The notes beneath the pieces were generated by a model. That model ran no database searches, was not told where the DNA came from, and was given only the letters and a program-made list of their open reading frames with translations. Positions 1 to 11,188 of a stretch of 64,000 nucleotides of DNA are shown piece by piece. A program made the position numbers and the translations under genes. Source of the stretch: Takakia lepidozioides (taxonomy: Eukaryota > Plantae > Bryophyta); the NCBI GenBank assembly GCA_030704615.1, contig CM060731.1, positions 67,518,001-67,582,000 of the forward strand, in the 5' to 3' direction. Numbering within the stretch: position 1 is the stretch's first letter; every line of letters begins with the position of its first letter.

Positions 1-1126
1 TGATTGTTAAGTTCAGGGGTTTTGGGCAATCTGCACCTGAAAGTAGTTGAACACTTATGGCTGTCTTCTTCGAGATTTGGTTGACCAATTGTTCCTCTCC
101 CTGAAAAGACCTTGCTGCTACAAGCCCTCCAGGGTTTATCTAGCTCAGTGAAGGTGGTTTTCAGGAATTTGCGCCTTTCGCTTGTGCTCTGTAGACTTGT
201 GGAACACTGTTTTGGAAAATACAGAAAAGAAGTCGGGTCAACTAAATCAGCTCAATAGCAAGCTAACACGTTGTTTACAGATTTGATCTCGAGGGTGATG
301 CACCTTTACAAGTTAGTGTGGCAGGGGAGAATGTTCCAGTGAATAAAAATGACTAGTGAAAACTGAGGTGTTGCTTTGTGTGACCTTCAACACCTTGTCT
401 TTGCCACCTTCCAAACTTAATGGCAGGATAAAAACATTAACCTTGCAGAGGATAAAAATATCACTCCTCTGAAAGCATGGGCTTCCTTTGACTGATGCTA
501 TCTAGGAGTCTGAGCAGACACAGAGACAGAAATACCCAGGACTTTGTCATTGAGGGCAATGACTGATTTTGAAGGGGTAGCGAATGTCACAGCCTAGATT
601 GGCAGAAGTCAGTTATTTGCTTAAGCAAAGCCATATACGGTAAAAGTATAATAGAGACTTCAGCAAAGGCAGAATTGCAAAAGCCTAAGAAAGGCTAGTC
701 AGCCAAGTAAAGCAAAGAATGTACTCATAAGACGTTGTTTGCCGTAGCCTTGTGGCCATTGACCCCCAAGTAAAGCAAAGAGTAAGCTTGAAGAGCAAGA
801 AAAGAGATCAGGAATAGCTAAGCCTGGAAATCATTAGAGCAAGGGGGTGAGACCTCGAGGAGTACTTACAGGCTGAGTCTAGGACAGAGAGCAGAGAGAG
901 AACTCAAGGACAGGTGGTCGTAGAGAGAGTTACAGTTAGAGCTTGTTACTAAGAGTCTTGAGGCAGAGCAAGAGCAAGGCATACTTAGCACCAGGAGAGT
1001 GTTTTGGGAAACAAGGAGCTCCACTCTCGTCATCCACAGACTCTTAGGTTTTGGTACAGATGTTGAGGTGTCTTTCAAAGGCAAGACATTGGAGTCGATG
1101 TTGACGTAACCTGATTTTGATTGCAG

Positions 1127-4100
1127 CGGATGATGGTGGGCCATTCATTGGCTCATGGAACACGGAGACAGCCACAGTTCTTTGGACTAAGACAGTACAC
1201 ATTAGCTCTGCAATTTTGGCTGCAAAAAGTCCTTACTTCTATAAGGTAGGGTAAGCTTGCTCTGCTTTTCTCCAGCAACAACTCATCTACTTGTGTCCTG
1301 GCCTAGTAGACATAAATGTGGATAAGCATGAATTTCTAGCCTGTATCATGTATCACTCCACTCATGTAGATCTCATCAGTAGAGCTGCAATTACACACCC
1401 CAATGTAATCTCTTCATGTTCCCGAAGTCCATAAGAGACGTGGAAGGTGGGAAAGGGAGGAAGAGGAAGAGGACCAGCAACATTACCACCTGATGGTTAC
1501 CTGAAGCTGATGGCCTGCAGATGCTGGCCTTCCATAGCATTGACATGGAGATTAATGGCCAGATGTGAGTGCAATGAGTGATTGTAATGCAGAATCTGTA
1601 AATGTGATATACTTGAATTTTACAACCCAACAAGCTGGGATGGCTTAAACGAACAGATGCTTTACCAGTCTTGATCTTTTTCGTGTACGTTGCAATGTTT
1701 GTTTCATGGGCGAAGCTTTTCTCAAATGGGATGAGGGAGTCGGAACAACGGGATGTCAACTTGCGTATCACTGCTTCTGGTCAGGCTCCTTCATGATGCA
1801 ATTGTGTCTCAGAAAGCGTTATTTTGTCTCTTTACATGATTTGTTGTATTTCTGAGACCTTAGCAGTTTGTGGAGTAGCACAATGCACTAGGTTCACTAG
1901 ATCCCATACAATGTTCCGTGGGAAGAGGTGCACAACCTCCAATTGTATTGCAACAAGGGAATGATCATAGGAGCCAACTTATCTTGCAATAACACATTTT
2001 CTACTTTGATGGGACTAAATATTCAGATGCTCTCGTTGGGCTTGCAATTTTTAAATGTTGTGGGTTTCAATTATGCGTAACAGAAAATGTTTGGTTGCGG
2101 GCAAGAATTGAGGTTTTCCTCGCATGTTGTTGACATATGGAGCACCACTTGTAGGATTCATTGTTGTAGGGGAACTCATTGGGAACTTGGGTACCCACTC
2201 TGTCTGCAGAGGAGACATCATTGATGGACTTGCTGCAGTTTATGTACAGTGGAAGGGTTCAGGCCAGCACAGCAGCCACTGTGTTGGATGTGTTAATGGC
2301 AGCTGATAAGTATGAGGTGGCCTCGTGCATGAGGTATTGCAGCCGATTACTGCGGAACATGCCTATGACTGCTGAGTCAGCATTGCTATATCTTGATCTC
2401 CCGTCTAGTGTACTCCTTGCAGAGGCTGTCCAACCATTAACTGATGCTGCACGTTCCTACTTAGCAACTCGGTTCAAGGACATTAACAGGTAATTTTTTC
2501 CACCTGCACTATAACACCGAGGTAGACTAGCAGGAGTAATGATTGTTCAAAGCCACCAAGTTATCTATATTGTCATAGTGCCCATGGACACAGAGAACGA
2601 TGCTGTTAGGGCAGTTGGCAGCCACATCACAAGCTTACTGTCTCTTACTCCATTCTCTTTATCTGCCCTGGTGTGTCCCCGCTGCTGTAGAGATTATTAA
2701 TTTTCATGAAGTTGTTGGAACCTTTCTGAGAAACAGTTCTGGGGAGGGTATGTAGACACCACTGACCCACCCTCCTTATATTGAGCTTGACAGCTGTACG
2801 AACTCCTGGGCTAGGATGCTAGTATTCCCCAGAGTAGGAATTATTTAATAGTGGGGCGTATTCCAGTTGCTAATTAATAGAGGATGCTGGGATGGGTACA
2901 GGTATGTTGAAGATGTGATGAGCTTGCCTTTGCCAGGAGTTGAAGCGGTACTTTCAAGTGATGACTTGCAAGTTGCAAATGAGGATGCCGTATATGATTT
3001 TGCAATAAGGTGGGCACGCCACCACTACAGCAAACTGGAAGACCGGCGTGAAGTTCTGGGCTCCAGACTAGTGTGGCTGATTCGCTTTCCAATGATGTCA
3101 AGTCGGAAGCTCCGAAAAGTGCTCAGCTGCAATGACTTTGAACATGAACTGGCATCCAAATTGGTACTGGAGGCCTTGTTCTTCAGGGCTGAAGCACCCC
3201 ACCGGCAACGGCAGCTAGCCCTGGAGGAAACTTTGCACAAACGATACAGTGAACGGGCCTACAAGTACCGACCAGTCAAAGTTGTTGAGTTTGACACACC
3301 TTACCAGCAATGTCTCGTCTTTCTTGACCTCAAGATTGACGAATGTCGTGTCCTATACCCTCAGGGGCGGGTCTATTCCCAGGCTTTCCATTTGGGTGGA
3401 CAGGGCTTCTTCTTGTCTGCGCATTGCAACTTAGATCAGCAGGGCCAATTCAAATGCTTTGGTCTCTTTTTGGGGATGCAGGTCAGTACCTCCTTTGCTT
3501 GCTCTTGCCGACTATGAAGTGAGTGTAACTATAGCATATCAAAGTAGTTGTACCTCTTTCTCTCTCCCTCTCGGTCCCCCTGCACGTGCAGGTCAGTTTG
3601 CCCCAGGAACCTTCCTTTCAGTGTCAGGTACAAGCATAATTTTTTTAAATTTGACCAGCTCTTAAACAGTTACCTCTCTCGCTTTCTGTTACAAAGCTAC
3701 AGCGTCTGGTGCATTAGTAAGGCAGTAGAGCTTCTGAATTTATCTACCAGTTGAGGAAGGGTTGTTTTTTAGCAGGGACTATTACCTTGGAGGATAACTT
3801 CTAGCCAACTTTGACAGGGAATCTGAAGGGCTCGAGTCCAGATGTCAAGCTAATAATAGCTGCAATAAGGTAGAAGCTCTTTTACTAAGATGCGAACCTA
3901 CTATCCACACTATGTCCATGGGTGAGGGGTCTATGGCTAGAAGGCTACGGCAAAAAAGTCTCATGAGTACATTCTCTCTCCCTCTCTCACTCCCTTTCTC
4001 TCTTTCTTATCAATATATAAGGGCCTTTTCCCCTATCAACAGAAAGAATAGATGCTTCGGTCTCCACATGAGAGAGGAGAGACAGAGAGAGAGACAAAGA

Positions 4101-5574
4101 GAGAGAATGTGCTCATAAGACTTAGCTTGCCGTAGCCTTGTGGCCATAGACCTTGGAAGCAGGATCGCCCTGTCAAACAGGTTATGTCCTTGCGGAAGAG
4201 GGTAGAAGAGATTCTCAAGGATCTGAATCTAAGTCTGCAAGTCTTGACCCTGCTGGATAAATCTAACTTCGAGGCTGTAGTGTCCAAAGCCATGTCTGTT
4301 GCCAGGAAATTGTCTGATGAAAATGAAGTTAGGCAGAAAACTCCCCTGAACTTGTTTCCAGTCTGTGACATGGGGGAGGACATCATGGATGACCTCAAGG
4401 GTTTACCCACTCTTGGCACTAGACTGAGATCTAAATTTAGGGCGGGAAGCCTACCTTTGATGCAGAGAGGAAAGGGATTGATTGCAAATGCCCCGTTGTG
4501 CGGGCAACCTGAAGACAATATCTTCATTTTCTGATTCATTGTCCTGGGTTCTCTCACCAGAGAGACACCCTCTTCAGGACCATTCAGAACATAGTTTCTG
4601 TTCACCAACTTTCAAAATCTTGAGGCTGAGCCTTAAGCCCGGGCCCTGTTGGGGTGTAATTGCTGGGCAGTTTACACACGGTATATTGATGCTTGTGTGA
4701 AGGGATTTCTAGAGGAAATCTGGAAAGCCTGAACCAATCTTGATACCCAGGTAAGTCCCAATGCGGGAGTAAGCCCCTCACAAAGTTTCTGTTCCCTCTT
4801 GTCCGGCCCAAACTCTGCGGTGTTATTGCCCAAACAAAGTCTCAATTGAGCTTATTCTGTCTCCCCCTGGTTGTCATAAAGTGTTGGTATAAAGTATAAA
4901 TGCACTAGCATGTACCTGCACATATGGCATAAGTGACAGTCAGATCATGTTGCATTGGGCTCTTGCTGCTGTTGTATTGGATTGCAGGGGGTGCCTCTAG
5001 CAAGCATGATTAAATCAGATTATTTCTCATGTCTGCACATTGGCCGGTGGTTTGAATAGTTCTCTCATTGTTGCTTTTAAGTTCTGCCTTGGTTGAAGTG
5101 AGTGGTGGTCTGGATGGCATCAGACCTTCTAGCCTCCATTTTGGTATCATACTCAAAATTGTGCCCTTATGAAACTGGAGAAGTCCTTGGGCTTTCATGC
5201 TTCAAGAATCTACTGTGAATGTTTCAGACTCTGTAAGATCTTTACAGGAGACGGGCAACATCTAGCTTGCATCTTGTTATGCATGGTGGATACTTTCAGT
5301 GCTTTTTGAATTGAAAAGCTTTTGTATTGTGCAGGAGAAGGGATCAGTGAGCTTTGCTGTCGACTACGAATTTGCAGCCAGAACGAAACCAACCTGGGAG
5401 TTTGTAACAAAATCAAAAGGAAATTATGTGTTTACTGGAGGGAAGGCTGTTGGGTATAGGAACCTTTTCGGGCTGCCATGGCCGAATTTCATATCTGAAG
5501 ATTCGCCCTACTTCCATGAGAGCGTTTTACACTTGCGGGCAGAGCTTACCATCAGAAAGCCAAACCACCTTTGA
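1127..5574 (+). CDS. POB1: BTB/POZ-BACK domain protein, POB1/LRB family (CUL3 adaptor); 5' exons not identified and probably upstream of the window
   Basis: Exons with AG/GT borders and consistent phases: 1127-1245 ([18 protein letters not shown]), 1716-1779 ([21 protein letters not shown]), 2210-2489 ([14 protein letters not shown]...[14 protein letters not shown]), 2902-3481 (BACK region [17 protein letters not shown]; [14 protein letters not shown]; [19 protein letters not shown]), 5335-5574 ([16 protein letters not shown]...[15 protein letters not shown]). These motifs are characteristic of plant POB1/LRB proteins. Confidence 0.92.
3926..4152. repeat. Imperfect inverted repeat made of two opposed copies of a ~45-bp dispersed motif with CT/GA tracts
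   Basis: 3926-3990 gggtctatggctagaaggctacggcaaaaaagtctcatgagtacattctctc is the approximate reverse complement of 4100-4152 gagagaatgtgctcataagacttagcttgccgtagccttgtggccatagacc. Confidence 0.75.
4153..4900 (+). mobile_element. Degenerate non-LTR retrotransposon (LINE) 3' fragment inside a BTB-gene intron
   Basis: ORF 4184-4534 plus two frameshifts reconstructs [11 protein letters not shown]...[20 protein letters not shown], the C-x2-C...H-x4-C zinc knuckle found after the RT domain of LINE ORF2. The 3' end near 4836-4862 resembles the dispersed 45-bp tail motif. Confidence 0.65.
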
Positions 5575-8500
5575 GTCATAGAGTTTTGTAGACGTCTTTG
5601 TATATCTTGATCAAATTCAGAATAAAACTCATTTGGTAAAATCTGATTGGATGGACTTACTGTTGAGAAGATCTGCTGTCGAGTCAGGCTCTTTTTAGAG
5701 ACGCTCCTGAACTACTGTCCTGTTCAATGTATCGTGAGGTTTCTGGTTTTGGGAGTACATCTCGCCATGGCATTTGATCAATGTCCGTATTTCACAGCAG
5801 AGTTTAAGCTTACCGATTGAGTGGGAAGCTGTGAAGTATCCATCCTATCAGAGTGTTGTCTTCCCACCTGGTCTACCCGAAAGCGCCATACGGCTGGGCC
5901 ATAGCTAACACCAAAACCTCACATAGGGAGTAGGTTCGTCAATGTTGCCAGGGAAAACTAGCTGAGAGAGACATTGGGAAGTTTTGGAGCAATCGCCATC
6001 AAAGATGGCCCACGGGTGGAATTCAGAGTTGGAAAGCATCTGAATTTGGCCAACACTCTGAGAGCAGGGCAGTGAAGTATTTACTGACTCTAAGATTGTG
6101 AAATAAGAAAACAGATGATAGGATAGTGGAGCAAATATGAACTATCTTGCGGTGTGGGATGCAAGGTGAAGGTATGATTGCATGCTTGTATGCTTGTTGG
6201 AAGCTGCAGTTCTGGGAGTTTAATGTGCTTGCTTGATATCGGTATTTGGTTGAGGCACAGGCTTCATGTGGCCCATGCGCGATCGAGTGACACTGTGGTG
6301 CTCTTAAGCTTGAGAGGGATTAGAGACAGTGGAGGCAATTTATGTTTGCCTGTAGCCATAGATCCTGGTCAAACTGGCAGGACCAAAAAGGAGTGAAAGA
6401 GGTGTGTAGTGTGATCCATTTCCCGCTCCTGAGGAAAACCATTAGGGTCCTGGCAAGCAGCACACGATCGTTGTTGGCGTCAGTGGAAAGAGCAAGACTG
6501 TCTTCCACTGATACAAGCCCAGCAGAGAGACTTTATGGAGGTAAAAGCTTAGGCTATTTGGGCAATTTCTGGGTTTGGCACAGCCCTGTGTCTTGCTTTA
6601 GACAGTGGGTGTCTTTGTCTTGGGCCCTTTCTCGTCTACTGAAGTATTGAATCTCAACCAATCTACGCTTCCTTTTCCAAGTCCTTGCATGTGTACTCCT
6701 CTAGTCCCCCTGTCACGTAGACCACTGAGAGACGGCGAAGGACAGTCACGGTAGCTCAATGAAGTGCATCACTTGAGACAGGCTTGCAGTGACTGCATTG
6801 CCCTTCATCGACTGCATTCATGGCAAGAAGACTTCCCTGTGATGCATGCGAAGCGTACACTGTGCTCATCCCGATGATACTAAAGTATCCCATCTTTCTT
6901 ACACTGCTGCTCACTTGAGCTTCTTCCCAAGCGGTTTATTTTGGCAAGCTTTGCAGGTTTTGGTCAGTGGGTTGGCAGTGAAGGATTCAGTTATGTGTCC
7001 ATGTCTCGCAGCTTTTTGTGTTCCAGCTTTTTCCTCGGTGGACAGTGAGAGGCAAAATGCTTTCCATGCATAGCATGTTTGTGCTATCTGATTTGAGCTC
7101 CAGACCTCTAGCAACAGTATCTGGTTAGCACGGGGAGGTGCTAATTAAGACCCCAGCAGAATATTGACCTGGTTATTTATTAAGCACTTGTGTAGGTATT
7201 GACTCCTTTGACTGGATCTTTAGGTGGACGGGTGGACTGCCCCCAGCAATTCAAATCTCCACATTGTGAGCTGCAGTATTCTACTTTCCAGCAATGCTTC
7301 TAATAATATACACTATAGTTCAAACGTAGCTCACACATGAGTGGCAGGTGTTGCTTAGGCATAGTTCGAAGTGTGTAGGTAGCCACAAAACCTACCACCC
7401 CACCATGAAAAGTACAGAGAGCTCAGCATATTGTGAGCTGGTGATTATGGACCCAAGCCACCGGATGCGGCATTTGGCACTTGTGAAGAAAGAATTGCAA
7501 ACCATGTATTGCCCCTACTTTATGGCCGACTCCAATAATTGTAAGAAATCCCTGCAAGTAGATAATAATCACCAGGCTTACATTCAACAGGACACTGCTG
7601 TCTTATCAAAAAGTCAGTCACATAGATGCTAAAATTAGATGAGTGTTTGCATGGCTACTAACTTATTAGACTGGCATAATGTTCTCGTGATGAGTCCCAA
7701 TTTACTGTTTCTTAGGTCAATTAGTGGGCGGAGAGTAATGCTAAGTTTGATTGACTACGTAAGTTCAAAAGTTGGTTTCTAGTTTCTACGTAGATGGAGC
7801 GATCCGCAGTGTTTCAGCAGGTTCAATCTCGTCATCGTAAATAAGCGTACTGGCAAGCAAAACTTGATGGTATGGTGTCCACTGTGCAGGCCTGGCAATC
7901 TTCTCAATACGAGGGCAGGACAGTCACCAGTACAACAATCTATGTATCCACACAATAAAGGAGCTCTGCAGTACCCCCCACTGCCCCACTAACTAGTACG
8001 CCTGCACCCCAACCGCCATCTACTGCACCCCACTTCTCGTGTGTGCGCGTGTGGGCCCTTCCTGCCCCCTGAATAGAACATGCAGGCGAAAGAAGGAGGA
8101 CGAGGAGAAGGTCATGAAGCAGACAGGTGCAGAAATAGTTAAACTTTCATCAAAGAAAACAAGTATATTTGATCCACAACTTGTGAAAGCAGTGATCACT
8201 GATGTTGCCTGCACAAATGTCCGGTAGACTCAATGCAAGACGTGCTTCCGTGGGCTCGCAACCAAACCACCCACCCTGGCACCCCAACACAGTGGACACA
8301 CACCAACCAAATTCCAATCCATCTTCTGTGTCCCCGATCCCCACAACTGCAATCAGCCACACCACAACCGCATATTCACATTGCAGCACAAGAGAAAAAC
8401 CAGTGAGCAACTTTACATGCACTCGTCTTACTCTTACAACTCGATTTCTGCTTCTCCTTTCAGACTTTCTGTTGCTGTTTCTTCTAGAATTTTAATATCT

Positions 8501-9241
8501 TGTTCTCTTTCAGCATAAAATTTCTACTTGAGATTCCTCAACACGCAGCATTCTTTTCATTCTTTCTCCCCCGCCCCAAGCTCATTCCATTCTGCAGTAC
8601 CAGCAACTGACAGAGCTCGGAGTGGTGCTGCCGTAAAGACCCACCACTCACCCCCAACCAGACGACACTCACTTCTGACCTCACTGACCGCCACTGACGG
8701 CGGCTGACGCCTCCTGCGGCAGCGGCCGGACGATGACGGACGATAACGCTCCGCTCCGTCAGCCGTCGTCCACTCCATCTGGCGATTCTATTATTATCGC
8801 CACCCCGTTGTTGGATGAGACTCATCCAGGGTCATCCGTCTGGCTAAGTGCAGGCTAAACCGACAACAAGAAACCCTAAGGGCGCCACCTCATGTGCGAG
8901 GAGGCGCAGGATTGGAGGAGGAGGGCGGGCATGGCCGAGAAGGCGGAGCAGGTGCGAGCGAATCGGCAGGCCGGGGACAGCGATGGTGGCAGCGCGGCCT
9001 GTGCTCCCATGTGAACAGCTCCATCTCTTGCGCGCATGTAAGGCCATGCAAGGCTGGCCGTGTCAGACTGCGCCAGAGGTCGGAGCGGAGCGTTGGCAGG
9101 GCCCACCGATCCACTCTTTCGCTCGCACCTTCTTCTTGGCGGTACACCAGACTTTCTCTGCCAGGTCGCGGAGCCGGTCGGAGACGCTTTCCTTGAAAGT
9201 ATTGTTGTAAACCGTCACTCTGCCGCCTTCGTAGCTATCGG

Positions 9242-9432
9242 CTTTTAGGCGGCCTCGTTGAATCTGTGAGTCTCCGCCTGATGAGTATTGAACAGCTCTG
9301 ACCTTGAAGTTACTCGTAACTCCTCCTCGCTCTGTTTCTTGCGCTTTTAGGCGGTCGCGTGGAATCTGTGAGAGTCTCCGCCTGACGAGTATTGAACAGC
9401 TGTGACGTTGAAGTAACTCGTCCTCGCTCTGC
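9242..9432. repeat. Tandem duplication, ~100-bp unit x2
   Basis: gcttttaggcgg...gaatctgtgag...tctccgcctga.gagtattgaacagct.tgac.ttgaagt.actcgt...cctcgctctg occurs at ~9242 and ~9343. Confidence 0.85.
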
Positions 9433-9642
9433 CGTTCTTTGTTGTGGAGTTGGAGATCAGGCAATTGTCAGGAGGAGGTTGTCTTTTGGACTCTGCGTAA
9501 GTCTCCTGATAGCGGTGTGCAGCACTTGGCAATGTCTTGCGGCATTACCTTTTCACGCACACTGAAAATGGTGTATGCGCAAGAATGCAGCAGTGGAAGG
9601 ATTCACGACATTGTTTAGTCTAGTCGACTGCGAATGACTGCA

Positions 9643-9873
9643 GCAGCAGACAAGACTAGAATTCGCAGCAGGCGTTGTAGCGGCCGGAGGAGGGAGCTTT
9701 CATACGTGTTTGCTCATTCGAAGCAGCAGACAAGACCAGCGTTCGCAGCAGGCATTGTAGCGGTAGGAGGGAGCTGTCATACGTGCTTGATCATTCGCAG
9801 CAGCAGACAAGACTAGCATTCGCAGAAGGCATTGTAGCGGCCGGAGGAGGGAGCTGTCAATACGTGTTTGATG
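9643..9873. repeat. Tandem repeat, ~78-80-bp unit x3, upstream of the DUF868 gene
   Basis: Unit gcagcagacaagac.ag..ttcgcag.aggc.ttgtagcgg...ggagggagct.tca.tacgtg.ttg at ~9643, ~9723 and ~9800. Confidence 0.85.
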
Positions 9874-10294
9874 AGCACATTGTAAATACATTAAGTCAGT
9901 GCAGTTTACTTTTCGTGACGGCCTTCAAGTTCATTAGAAACTGTGGTGCAAGCAGCAGGAGTTGGCGAACTTTAGGTGGAATATCATCATGCCGAGCGGT
10001 TTTGGTTTCCACGCGAATTTCGTCTCACGCTGGGAAATGGTGGCATTGCGAATGTAGACGTGCTGTACGTTCCTAGATCAAGCGAGTAATGGAGAGCAGA
10101 GGCAAACGGAATATTCCTTCGAGCATTTTGAGCATCGAGTTTTCTCTGGAGTCTGGGAGAATACTAGACATGTCCGCATCAGGTTTTGTTGCTGCGCCTT
10201 GAACCACTCGAAGGAGATGATCCAGGGGCTTTTCACCAACCAGGCATAATATCTTTTTCTAGACATCAGAGAGGTGTGCTAGAGTGCGAGAAAC

Positions 10295-11188
10295 ATGCAC
10301 GATGCATTGCCCTCGTGTTTTGGGGAGTATGGTGTACAGGTGGTGGATATGTCGGCGGCCAGCAAGGTTACGCAGAATATGGTGACATGTCTTTATCAAA
10401 CCAAGCTTGCAGGGAGATGCCGGCCTCTGTCAGTCACCTGGTGCAAAAACCTCATGGGGCAGGGTTTGAGTGTGAATGTCGATGTGGACCAGCACCTTTG
10501 CAAAGTTGATATGAAGCCCTGGCTTTTCTGGAAGAAGCAAGGTTCCAAGAGTCTCGACGTAGATGGGATGAAGGTTGAGGTTTATTGGGATCTTGCCTCA
10601 GCCAAGTACGCATCTGGCCCCGTACCTCAGGAGGCTTTCTATTTAGCTGTAGTATCGGAAGGGGAGGTTGTGTTGTTGTTAGGGGACATGTGGAATGAGG
10701 CTTACAAGAAAACGAAAGCTAGGCCTCCTTCAATCGAAGCCATATTACTCTCTCGAAGTGAGCATGTCTTTGGGAAAAAATATCACACCACCAAAGCTCA
10801 ATTTGGTGATGGCGGGCGTGCGCACGACATTGTGATCGAGTGTCAGCTAGGTGCCAACAGTGAGCCACGCCTGTATGTCAGAATAGATCGCCAGATTGTT
10901 GTTCAAGTGAAGCGCCTCATGTGGAAGTTCAGGGGCAATCAGACGATTCTTGTAGATGGAAGTCCTGTGGAGGTATTCTGGGATGTTCACAACTGGCTGT
11001 TCAATCCGAGGGTAGGCCATGCAGTATTCATGTTCCAGACTTGTTTATCGGCGGAGAAGCCATGGTTGAGAGAGGTTGCGGCATGCTCCTCAGTGCTTCA
11101 ATGGCCGGGCACTTACAGCTTCGAAAACAAAGAGGCTCAAAGCTCCAGTGGATTCTCGCTCCTTCTGTACGCCTGGAAAAATGAGTAG
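10295..11188 (+). CDS. Plant DUF868 family protein, single coding exon
   Basis: 297-aa ORF with DUF868 hallmarks PSCFGEYGVQV, QNMVTCLYQ, VTWCKNLMGQGLSV, KPWLFWKKQGSKS, YWDLASAKY, VKRLMWKFRGNQTI, WDVHNWLF and C-terminal GFSLLLYAWKNE. Confidence 0.93.
   Translation: MHDALPSCFGEYGVQVVDMSAASKVTQNMVTCLYQTKLAGRCRPLSVTWCKNLMGQGLSVNVDVDQHLCKVDMKPWLFWKKQGSKSLDVDGMKVEVYWDLASAKYASGPVPQEAFYLAVVSEGEVVLLLGDMWNEAYKKTKARPPSIEAILLSRSEHVFGKKYHTTKAQFGDGGRAHDIVIECQLGANSEPRLYVRIDRQIVVQVKRLMWKFRGNQTILVDGSPVEVFWDVHNWLFNPRVGHAVFMFQTCLSAEKPWLREVAACSSVLQWPGTYSFENKEAQSSSGFSLLLYAWKNE

Noticed and set aside
8538-9464. Cluster of overlapping ORFs in the GC-rich region
   Set aside because: Low-complexity R/A/G/P peptides are expected from GC richness and show no recognisable domain.
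9643-9873. Regularly spaced repeats as a CRISPR array
   Set aside because: Whole units are repeated with no unique spacers, the context is eukaryotic and there are no cas genes.
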